Virus record (IMG/VR): IMGVR_UViG_3300043418_000114
Coordinates: 248,001 to 312,000 of that record
Direction: 5' to 3' (one strand)
DNA: 64,000 nt
Shown here: in pieces, positions 37,710 to 45,958 of the stretch
Numbering within the stretch: the first letter of the stretch is position 1
Layout of the letters: every line of letters begins with the position of its first letter
Position numbers and translations under genes: made by a program
Notes under the pieces: generated by a model
What the model was told of the DNA's origin: nothing
Database searches by the model: none
Seen by the model: the letters and a program-made list of their open reading frames with translations, nothing else

Positions 37710-37721
37710 GCTTTGTTCCCC

Positions 37722-38357
37722 TTATTTAATTTTGAGATCCTTGATGAGGCGCATTACTTCCTCTTGAAGGTATCTCTGTACTTTTCTGTCACTCTGTGCG
37801 TCTTTTGCAATATCCAACATCTTATGACCATGACGCATATTCATCATACCTTCATAAATTGCTTTTGGATAAGCATTAGGCGCGCTCGGTTGAGCAACAA
37901 TATCCACGGTGACTATTTCAAAGTCACTGACACGGCCGTCCAAATCGTTCACGTTTCCGCTACCACGACTAGATACGCCAAGTTTGACACCACTCTCCAA
38001 CATGGTAGTTACTAACTGACCCATTGGAGTTGGTAAAATCTTTAATTTGCCGAAGCCATTAGCGCCGTCCATCCACATTTGAGTAATCATATGGGATACA
38101 CGGTCTAAGTTAATTTTTAGATCATCTGGATGGTCAACTTCGCCTAAGACTGAATAACCACCGGTAATTTGTTCGTTGAGAGCATTGACTGCGGCTTCGA
38201 TTTCAGAAACAGGGTAAACACGCTCATTGGCGTTTTTTACCCCACCCTGAATGAAAATCCCCTTCATATACAGAGATTTTCCTTTGCCTTCACCTTCACT
38301 TTCGACTACCATTCCGGCACGGTCGAAAGTTAGATGCTCTTTGAGATACAAAGCCAT
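37722..38357 (-). CDS. gp21: prohead maturation protease (gp21-like)
   Basis: GIFIQG...N.N.RVYP, GEVDHP, TPMG and GVSSRGSG (catalytic Ser). Confidence 0.95.
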   Translation of the reverse strand: MALYLKEHLTFDRAGMVVESEGEGKGKSLYMKGIFIQGGVKNANERVYPVSEIEAAVNALNEQITGGYSVLGEVDHPDDLKINLDRVSHMITQMWMDGANGFGKLKILPTPMGQLVTTMLESGVKLGVSSRGSGNVNDLDGRVSDFEIVTVDIVAQPSAPNAYPKAIYEGMMNMRHGHKMLDIAKDAQSDRKVQRYLQEEVMRLIKDLKIK

Positions 38358-38374
38358 TTTCTCTCAGATTCCGA

Positions 38375-39208
38375 TTAGATGCGCTTCTTAGCAGAACGTG
38401 ATTCTGCTACTGGGCTATTTGTGTTAACGCCTGATGCTTGTGACTTGACTGGAGCAGGAGCTTTTTCGCCCTTCTCAGAGAAGTTGTTTTGAGCAGGAGC
38501 GTTCTTGAATGAGCCAGCACCCTTAACTTGTGTTTCGCCCTTAGAACCGTAGTTGCTAGGAGCCTTTGGACCTGTTGGAACAGATTCAGATTCACCAGAG
38601 AACTTAACTGGAGCTACACCAGCTACTTTAACTTTTGGTTGATTCAATGAAACTGCTTTAGCGTTAGCGCCATTGTCGCCACCGATTTTAGAACCGTATA
38701 GACCTGGAACGTTCTTTAGAGAAACAGCTTCTGCTAGAGCTTCTTCACCGGCTTCTTCACCAGCTTCAAAGTCTTCTGCGCCTTCTTCGTCACTAGAACC
38801 GAAGTCTTCTTCGTCGCCAGCTTCTTCGTCACCATTGCTCATGATTTCTTCGAATTCAGCCATCAATTCATCTAGCTTGTCTTCGATAGAAATTAGACGT
38901 TCTTCAACTTCGCTTTCGCCATGTTCTTCTTCGCCTGCTTCGAAATCAACAACGTCATCACCGTCTTCGATTTCTAGGTCGTCAAATTCGTCGTCGCCTT
39001 CGACAACGCCAGATTCTTCTGCACCGATTTCGTCTAGCATGCCGCCAACTTGGCCGCCCATGCCTTCTTCGACAGATTCATCATCCATCATTGATTCGTA
39101 AATTTCACGTGATTTTTCAACCACGATATCGTGGAATAAGGCACGTGCTTGATCTTCATTTTCGTTGATGATTAAATCGATCAACGCTTCAAATTTTTTA
39201 TTGTCCAT
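38375..39208 (-). CDS. acidic prohead core protein
   Basis: Strongly D/E-rich middle region; located in the head module. Confidence 0.7.
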   Translation of the reverse strand: MDNKKFEALIDLIINENEDQARALFHDIVVEKSREIYESMMDDESVEEGMGGQVGGMLDEIGAEESGVVEGDDEFDDLEIEDGDDVVDFEAGEEEHGESEVEERLISIEDKLDELMAEFEEIMSNGDEEAGDEEDFGSSDEEGAEDFEAGEEAGEEALAEAVSLKNVPGLYGSKIGGDNGANAKAVSLNQPKVKVAGVAPVKFSGESESVPTGPKAPSNYGSKGETQVKGAGSFKNAPAQNNFSEKGEKAPAPVKSQASGVNTNSPVAESRSAKKRI

Positions 39209-39341
39209 TGTTTGTCTCCTGAATGAAATGGCTTATGTAGAATTATTTAGTGAGTAGCCACTAAATGTGTACATTAAGATAGTATTTTTTGCGTTTTTGT
39301 GTTTTTGACCAAATAATGGCCCAATATTTGGGCCATTATTC

Positions 39342-39569
39342 TTAAACGGTTGGTTGCTCTTGAACTGCCGACGCGCCGTATTGTTCGTGAACTTTCTTAA
39401 GATATTGCTTCTTTTCGTAGTTACGAACGTCCAACATCTTACGTAACTTGCGAATTTGACGTAAGGTTAATTTAGTTTTGCGACTTTCTTTCCATCTAGG
39501 GCTTGAGTTATCAGATGCAATATCTTGATAGCCCTGCACAGGCGCATCGAACATTTCCATTAGTTTCAT
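39342..39569 (-). CDS. small basic head-module protein (75 aa)
   Basis: I moved the start to ATG 39569 (MKLMEMFD...RKTKLTLRQIRKLRK) to avoid overlap with the portal gene. ATAAATA lies 5 nt upstream. Confidence 0.7.
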   Translation of the reverse strand: MKLMEMFDAPVQGYQDIASDNSSPRWKESRKTKLTLRQIRKLRKMLDVRNYEKKQYLKKVHEQYGASAVQEQPTV

Positions 39570-39588
39570 GCTTATATTTATCTTTCTA

Positions 39589-41379
39589 TTACATTCCAGT
39601 GCCACCAGGTGCTGGATTACCTGGCATTGGGCCGGCATCGCCTACTGCACCTGCTACTTCAGGACCCATCATGGTTTCATCGCCCATGTCTTCCATATCT
39701 TCCATCTCGTCAGCAGTGTTTTGATCGGTTTCAATGTCTCCAACAGATACGCCAACGCTACGTAGATCGTTACCCTTAGGATCAATGTCGGTGTCTTTGT
39801 TTTGTTCTTCACGCCACATTTTTTCGTTCTTATTAATTTCTTCTTCGGACAATCCTAAGAAACGTTCTAGCGCAAAACGCTTAGAGATATATGGATATTG
39901 TTCAATCGCAGTGAATGAACTCATACGTGCTGTATCTAACTCACTTTGGCGATATGCGGCAAAGTTTTGTGGAGGATTAAAGTTTAGAGAGAACAATGAA
40001 CTATCAATATTGAAACCTCTCCAACGCAAGAATAATTTAAATTCTTCGTCTAGCTTTTGACTGATATACTTCTGTAGACGTTCGCAATATTGATTGAAAC
40101 GGAACTCTTGAATCATCGCAGTACCAACACGACCATCGCTTAGAGGAGTTGTGTTATCATCAGGGCCTGTTGGCAAGTATGATGATGGCACACGCAAACC
40201 ACGAGCTAGTCTGTTGTTAAAGTATTTCAAGTCGTCAATCTCACCCAAGTTTTGACCACCTGGTAACAAGTCAACACTTGAACCACGACCATCAGCAGTG
40301 ACTGGGAAGAAGTAATCTTCGTTCATTGATAGTGGGTTGTATGTGGCGTCCAATACACTTGAACCACCTTGACTTGATGGAATACGGCGTTGGTGAATTT
40401 CGTTTTTGATACGATCAACGAATGCCATAGCCATGTGAGCAGGCATGTTACCAACGTCAATCTTGAACACTCGGCGCTCAGGCGCACGTTGTACACGATA
40501 GATAAGAACCGCGTCTTCTAGCAATTCTTTTTGCTTGTATACTTTGAAAATGTTTTCAAGTACAGACTGTCCAAATGGCCAGAAACGATCTAGGCCTTCG
40601 GTTAAACTCAAGTGGACAACGTGTTTAGCATCGATTGCGCTCTCAGTCTGTCCTAAGGTAAAACGGGATCCTGTCGTGTTATACGGCATCGCAGGTACAG
40701 TGTAACCAGATGATGGTGATCCACCGCCTGTGCCACCTAAACCTGTAGCTGGGTTTGCGGCAAAGTCTGTGTTAGTCTTTTGTGCCGCAGTTAAATTCTG
40801 TAAGTTAATGTTAATGTCTTTGATAACGTATTGCTCTGGCTTCTTACCTTCACTCTCGTTAACGATAACTTTGATGACCTTAGTCATGTCGATCCAGAAT
40901 AACTTAAAGTTTTCTGGGTCACGAATGAATACTTGATCACCGTATTTCAATGTATTACGGAATAATTTGAACGTTCTAGTATCAAATTCATTCAACTTAC
41001 ACCATTGAATCAATTGTGTTTTTAACAATTCGATTTCATGTGGTGTTGGATCTTCGTTGAATTCTAGATCAAATGGAGTCTTGTTATGTTCGTTTTTCTG
41101 TGTAGAGAACTCAGCGATAATGTCCAAACATGCGTTAATTTCAGCATCTACGTCCATCATTTCATACTGGTTATAACGCTCCACACGGTTAGGATGACCT
41201 GTATAAACTTCTGGCAACTTACTGCCGTAGTTTTTATAACCGAAAGAATCATTGTTCCAACCGCCAGTTGGCATGCCATTCTGACCTGGGCTACCATTCC
41301 ATGCGCCGCTATTGCTATTAGCACCGGAGATAGGGCTGGACACACCAGCTTTGTTCGTAAAACGTTTTTTATATGACAT
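39589..41379 (-). CDS. gp20: portal protein (T4 gp20-like)
   Basis: YEMMDVDAEI, EDAVLIYRVQRAPERRVFKIDVGNMP, EDYFFP..GRG..V..LPGGQNLGEIDDLKYF. Confidence 0.96.
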   Translation of the reverse strand: MSYKKRFTNKAGVSSPISGANSNSGAWNGSPGQNGMPTGGWNNDSFGYKNYGSKLPEVYTGHPNRVERYNQYEMMDVDAEINACLDIIAEFSTQKNEHNKTPFDLEFNEDPTPHEIELLKTQLIQWCKLNEFDTRTFKLFRNTLKYGDQVFIRDPENFKLFWIDMTKVIKVIVNESEGKKPEQYVIKDININLQNLTAAQKTNTDFAANPATGLGGTGGGSPSSGYTVPAMPYNTTGSRFTLGQTESAIDAKHVVHLSLTEGLDRFWPFGQSVLENIFKVYKQKELLEDAVLIYRVQRAPERRVFKIDVGNMPAHMAMAFVDRIKNEIHQRRIPSSQGGSSVLDATYNPLSMNEDYFFPVTADGRGSSVDLLPGGQNLGEIDDLKYFNNRLARGLRVPSSYLPTGPDDNTTPLSDGRVGTAMIQEFRFNQYCERLQKYISQKLDEEFKLFLRWRGFNIDSSLFSLNFNPPQNFAAYRQSELDTARMSSFTAIEQYPYISKRFALERFLGLSEEEINKNEKMWREEQNKDTDIDPKGNDLRSVGVSVGDIETDQNTADEMEDMEDMGDETMMGPEVAGAVGDAGPMPGNPAPGGTGM

Positions 41380-41408
41380 ATAGTGATTGACCTGACTAGT
41401 ATTTAGCG

Positions 41409-44237
41409 TTAGGCCATAGAATAATTTAATATCTTGCCTTGAATGTCGTTGCTATCGCCTAGTTTGTTAATCACTTGATCTAGCTTATCTGACATGGTTT
41501 CTACCATATCTGCAAGTAATCCAACGACTTCATCTGGTCCCTGGGCTGGACTAGAAGTTCCACTTGATAACGTTTCTTTCTTGATATCTTTGAAGTTTGC
41601 TTGTGGCACAACTGCTTCTCTGCCATGTAACATCACTGGATATCCAGATGATGGACCTGAGAATACGCCACCAGTTCTTGCGCCTTTTAGTTCAGCGTGA
41701 ATATGTCCAGCAGTAGATTTACTAGATGGATTGTTATATTCGTCTTGGACATAAGTGATACCCATGTCCATTAGCATTGCTGATAGTTGTTTACCCTCGT
41801 CTGGAGTAGGTTTTCTATCTAATACAAAATCGAATGCTTTACCAGCAGTATGTCCGCTAGTAGGTGCCTTTTCATTATGGAATCCATCATTAAACGCGGA
41901 GAAATATTTAAAGCCAGGAATTCCCTGAACTTGTTTTGCAATTTCGATCAAGCGTGGATCGACACCTGCACCTTCTTTTTGTACATCGCCTTTTTTTAGA
42001 GTCAACCCAGCTTCTTGTAATGATTGGGCGGATGATGGCGTTGCTTGTGATGCACCAGCACGTTGACCTTGTCTTGCTAATTTTGGATTGCCAAATGCGG
42101 CACCACCGCCAGTAGTTCCATATGCTGGTGCCGCACCTGATGCCGCTGATGCGCCCGCACCGCCACTCTTGCCACGAGCATATTCATCGAATTTTTTAAC
42201 TGCCTCAGAGAATGTATCTGACGCTAGCTTGTTTACTCCTGCCGCCTTTGTGAATTCCAATGCGGCGGTATCTAGTTTAATTGCCGCGGCTTGCTGTGAG
42301 CGTGTTAGGTCGACGTTATCCTTCGTTGACTTATCTTTTGCTTCACGATCGGCTTTGACTTTGGCTTCGAATTCAGAAAGGAACTTGTCTTCATTAAAGT
42401 TAGCTCCAAGTTTCTTTTGTTCTGCGGCTTTAGCTTTCTCATAGTCACGTAGCTGGGCCCTAACATCACCAGCCACAGCAGATGAATCACCTGCCATGCC
42501 AGTTGTGTCTGCACCAAGTCTTCTAGCGGCAGATACTTCGCTAACTGATCTAACGCCACCTTCTAGTGCTTTAACTGAGCGACTTGCTGTGGTTCCTCTG
42601 CCCGCTTCAATGTCTTCCATCGCGCCGCCTCTGCGACCCAAGGCGCGTCTTGCCTCAACGGATTCCATTGTTGTTACTGCTTTACCAGCACCATAATATT
42701 GTGCTGTACCAGTTGCTAAACGTGTGAAGCCTTTAGCTTGTAGGGACGTAGCTACTTCGAGCGCACGTTCCATTTCCTGTAATCTTTGTTTTGCTCCAGT
42801 ATCACCGCGATCTGCTTTATCTTGCTCATTGAGCATACCAGCACGTAGCTGTTCAATCGCCATAACTGCGTTACGTGCATCTTCCTGTTCTTTGCGAGTT
42901 GCACCAGTAATAGCGGCAATTTTATCTAGTTCTTCGATATAGGTAGCTGTACTCTTGGCTAGCTCTTTTGCATTCTTTTCTTCTAATAAACCAAGTCTAG
43001 ACTGTAGAGCCATGTACTTGGCAGTGTGTTCGTACTGTTCATCTAGTGTGATGCCCATACGTTGGAACATCTTACTAGCTTCTGATTCATATAGATTAGC
43101 TGTTACATCAGTGAACTTAGTAAGACCGTCGGCCATTGTCGAGCCGAACATCTTCATTTCTTTTGAGTTTGCGGCTACAACTGCCTTAAACTTATCGAAC
43201 TCAGCTACAGTCATTCCCATCTTGTGTAGCTTGTCGGCAACGTCTTCCATGCCGCCACTAGCGGTCATTGACATTTTACCTAGTTCATTAAAGCCTGCAA
43301 ATAACTTATCATTAAGTTGTGCGGCAATCTCGTTCAATTCGGCAAGTACGCTTGCCGTTTCCGCGGCAGCCGATGTTGCCAAACCTGCCGCAACTGCTAC
43401 CCCGCCAACTGCAACCGCGGCAAGCGATAGGCCACCGGTGAATGGCGCAAGTAAAACAGCGACACCAATGATGCCGGCGCCAAGACTAGTTAGTGACGTA
43501 CCGACTGTACGCATTGCTTTAGTCATTTCATTTGTTGCGGCAGTAACACCCTTTGCGCCAACTGCCATGCCACGTTCACCGTTGATCAGAGCTTTGCCCA
43601 TAGCCATGGATGCTTTGGCCATGCCGGTAAGCGCACCAACTGCTAGGGTGCCAGCGGCTTCTAATAATACAAGACCACCAGTAGCTAGTTTGCTACCCTT
43701 AGCCATGTCAAATAGACTGTCTTTGCCTGCTCCAACGATAGAATTCAAGGAATCTAGTTGTCTGCCATGCTCGGTTGTGTAGCTTCTAATTGCTTCACCA
43801 GGAGCAGTCATTGCTTTAGCGACACGTGCGGCAGTTTTTGCCATGTCGTTGTAAGCACTGTTAGTTTGTTCTATTTTATCCAGTTCTTCGGATAATAGTT
43901 TCTGTTGCTGTCTGCGTAAAAAAGCCTCTTCACCAACATCTTTTTTGATCTGGTTGATTGCTTCTTTCTTTTGCTGATTCTCGGCTTTACGTAAGTCTAC
44001 GCTTTCTTTGATAATGCCAAGTTCATCTCTGTAATATCCAAGTTGCTTAATTTCAGCTTCACGGATATCTTTACTAGCAATCTTTTGTTTTCTATGGTCT
44101 TCTTCTTCCCAAGACGCAATTTTCTTATCTTTTTCAAACTGATCATTAATAAGTTTGGACTGGTTACCAAAAGATTCAGCCAGCTGGCGCATGCCTTCTG
44201 ACAATTCTTCCATCGTTCGTTTAATTTCTTCGTCCAT
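41409..44237 (-). CDS. tape-measure-like protein with C-terminal M15/LAS-type peptidase domain
   Basis: Helical A/K/E-rich body, a hydrophobic stretch (GAGIIGVAVLLAPFTGGLSLAAVAV), H-x6-D (GHTAGKAFD) plus HIH, and a GGVF.GP.SGYPV.LHG.EAVVP tail. Confidence 0.75.
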   Translation of the reverse strand: MDEEIKRTMEELSEGMRQLAESFGNQSKLINDQFEKDKKIASWEEEDHRKQKIASKDIREAEIKQLGYYRDELGIIKESVDLRKAENQQKKEAINQIKKDVGEEAFLRRQQQKLLSEELDKIEQTNSAYNDMAKTAARVAKAMTAPGEAIRSYTTEHGRQLDSLNSIVGAGKDSLFDMAKGSKLATGGLVLLEAAGTLAVGALTGMAKASMAMGKALINGERGMAVGAKGVTAATNEMTKAMRTVGTSLTSLGAGIIGVAVLLAPFTGGLSLAAVAVGGVAVAAGLATSAAAETASVLAELNEIAAQLNDKLFAGFNELGKMSMTASGGMEDVADKLHKMGMTVAEFDKFKAVVAANSKEMKMFGSTMADGLTKFTDVTANLYESEASKMFQRMGITLDEQYEHTAKYMALQSRLGLLEEKNAKELAKSTATYIEELDKIAAITGATRKEQEDARNAVMAIEQLRAGMLNEQDKADRGDTGAKQRLQEMERALEVATSLQAKGFTRLATGTAQYYGAGKAVTTMESVEARRALGRRGGAMEDIEAGRGTTASRSVKALEGGVRSVSEVSAARRLGADTTGMAGDSSAVAGDVRAQLRDYEKAKAAEQKKLGANFNEDKFLSEFEAKVKADREAKDKSTKDNVDLTRSQQAAAIKLDTAALEFTKAAGVNKLASDTFSEAVKKFDEYARGKSGGAGASAASGAAPAYGTTGGGAAFGNPKLARQGQRAGASQATPSSAQSLQEAGLTLKKGDVQKEGAGVDPRLIEIAKQVQGIPGFKYFSAFNDGFHNEKAPTSGHTAGKAFDFVLDRKPTPDEGKQLSAMLMDMGITYVQDEYNNPSSKSTAGHIHAELKGARTGGVFSGPSSGYPVMLHGREAVVPQANFKDIKKETLSSGTSSPAQGPDEVVGLLADMVETMSDKLDQVINKLGDSNDIQGKILNYSMA

Positions 44238-44303
44238 ATTTCACCAATAAATAGTTATCACGTATTTATGCGTCCAGATTTGTCAAATATTTAGGAGAAA
44301 CAA

Positions 44304-45125
44304 ATGAACAACCCACTACGCCAGTATTTCCGCAGACCAGCCCTGTTTATCTCTTTGCCTAGCAAAGGTCAGCACTATCCGGCTGGTGCGATTGAAGTTC
44401 CAGAAAATGGAGAATTTCCAGTCTATCCAATGACTGCTATTGATGAAATTACTGCCAAAACGCCTGATGCACTTTTTAACGGCAGTGCAGTAGCGGAGAT
44501 TATTAGAAGTTGTGTGCCTGCAATCAAAGACCCATGGTCTATTCCAGCTACTGACTTAGATGCCATTTTGATCGGCATTCGTGCCGCATCTACTGGCAGT
44601 GAGATGGACATTGAATCTGTCTGTCCTGCATGTGAAGAAGTCAGTAAGTACGGCGTGAATCTAGTAGGTCTTCTAAACGATATCAAGGGTGATGCATATC
44701 TAGAAACTCTAAAACTAGGTGAACTAGTATTCCACTTTAAGCCACTAAGCTATCGTGAAGTGAATCAAGGCAATCTAGGTCAATTTGAACTCCAACGTGA
44801 AATTGCACAGTTAGAATCAATTGAAGATGACGTAGAGCGCACAAAGAAGTCCAATGAAACCATGAAGAAATTGACGGAAATGAATATTGGATTCATGGCT
44901 AATACTATCTCTAAGATTGATTTGCCAAATGAATCAGTAACTGAAAATGAGTTTATCGTCGAATATCTACACGGCTGTGATCGTGCATCATATGATGCCA
45001 TTCGTACCCAGATCGTAAAGATGCGTGAATCTGTGAACATCAAGCCACTGAAAATCAAATGTGTAGCTTGTAATAACGAATACAATCAACCACTAGCATT
45101 GAATGTAACTGATTTTTTCGTATAA
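44304..45125 (+). CDS. baseplate hub assembly / tail chaperone protein (T4 gp26-like)
   Basis: NPLRQYFRRP...LPSKG, YPMTAIDE, D.DAILIGIR.AS.G, CPAC and C-terminal C..C. Strong SD AGGAG. Confidence 0.8.
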   Translation: MNNPLRQYFRRPALFISLPSKGQHYPAGAIEVPENGEFPVYPMTAIDEITAKTPDALFNGSAVAEIIRSCVPAIKDPWSIPATDLDAILIGIRAASTGSEMDIESVCPACEEVSKYGVNLVGLLNDIKGDAYLETLKLGELVFHFKPLSYREVNQGNLGQFELQREIAQLESIEDDVERTKKSNETMKKLTEMNIGFMANTISKIDLPNESVTENEFIVEYLHGCDRASYDAIRTQIVKMRESVNIKPLKIKCVACNNEYNQPLALNVTDFFV

Positions 45126-45349
45126 GGCTTCTATCTCTACCACCTGAAAAGATCAAGGCATTAATAGAAGGCATGAAAAATGAGTGCAATGACGTTAAGA
45201 AAAACGCACTCAGATTATCTTGGTATATGAGAGGTGGTGTTTCATATGAGGATGTATTGAATATGTCCCAGACGGAGAGAGAAGCCATCGGAGCCATTAT
45301 TGAAGATAACTTAGAAACAACTAAGAAATCTCAGTTGCCATTCTTCTGA
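45113..45349 (+). CDS. gp51-like frame, probably reached by -1 frameshift (not in the ORF track)
   Basis: The -1 frame reads FFRIRLLSLPPEKIKALIEGMKNECNDVKKNALRLSWYMRGGVSYEDVLNMSQTEREAIGAIIEDNLETTKKSQLPFF*. It opens exactly at T TTT TTC (45113-45119); the first ATG is at 45173. Confidence 0.72.
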   Translation, partial: FFRIRLLSLPPEKIKALIEGMKNECNDVKKNALRLSWYMRGGVSYEDVLNMSQTEREAIGAIIEDNLETTKKSQLPFF

Positions 45350-45362
45350 TACACAAACAAAT

Positions 45363-45384
45363 ATAGGTACGGAGACGTACCTAT
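45363..45384 (+). terminator. hairpin with GAGA tetraloop, likely terminator of the gp26/gp51-like unit
   Basis: ATAGGTACG-GAGA-CGTACCTAT followed by TCATTTAT. Confidence 0.6.
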
Positions 45385-45559
45385 TCATTTATCTAAATTA
45401 CCAAATTTCTATTTTGATTTTATTGTTGATTTAACACTTATTACCACTTAGAGATGAACTACGTTCATCTAACAACTCACTTCGTTCGTTGTTAATTTTC
45501 ATTCTTATTAATTCTAAACACTTTTATTAACTTATTTTAACTATCCATCTTTGACATAC

Positions 45560-45925
45560 ACTTGCCGCTTTGAAGACGTAGTAGTGCTTCCAGCACTACT
45601 ACAAAAAAAGGTCATTTGCCATGCCCGTCATTCGCATCATTTTTCTCCCGTTTAATTGCCGTCTTTGTGACACTAAACGCTACCGGTTGCTCTGTAAAGT
45701 TTATGGAGCTGTAGTGAGCCTATCAGATTAAACCAATGGGTTCTGACGACTCCGCAACGCACATTCTATAGCTCAAAAATGAAGTCGCTATAGACTTGTT
45801 GAAGGTTCGCTTTGTCGATTGCCTTCTCGGTATGCCGATGAATATTGCTACTCATCTATACTCCAGAATCTGACGGCACAGCCGAACTGTACAGTCTCAA
45901 GGAGGACTCCCAACGGAGCCAACGA
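45560..45925 (-). ncRNA. putative structured non-coding RNA (family not recognised)
   Basis: No long ORF on its own strand. At least five hairpins, and three pair fully (through G-U) only on the minus strand; one has a GCAA tetraloop. Visibly GC-richer than the flanks. Confidence 0.55.
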
Positions 45926-45958
45926 ATTGTTTATTTTAGATGTTAGATATAAGTGGGG

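Noticed and set aside
42088-43782. Plus-strand ORFs up to 275 aa opposite the tape-measure-like gene
   Set aside because: Shadow ORFs of an Ala/Lys/Glu-rich coding strand with no recognisable motifs.
45599-45925. Possible tmRNA (GCA AAT GAC = AND, like the start of a tag peptide, with the stop in a hairpin)
   Set aside because: No tRNA-like acceptor or T-arm ends (GGGG.../TTCGA...CCA) were found, and the peptide does not end in a hydrophobic-Ala-Ala degron.
45560-45925. Possible group I/II intron or RNase P remnant (GAGACTG, GTGCG and CAGAACCC words)
   Set aside because: Only isolated short words. There is no ordered P/Q/R/S set, no domain V, no GAGGAAAGTCC, and no interrupted gene on either side.
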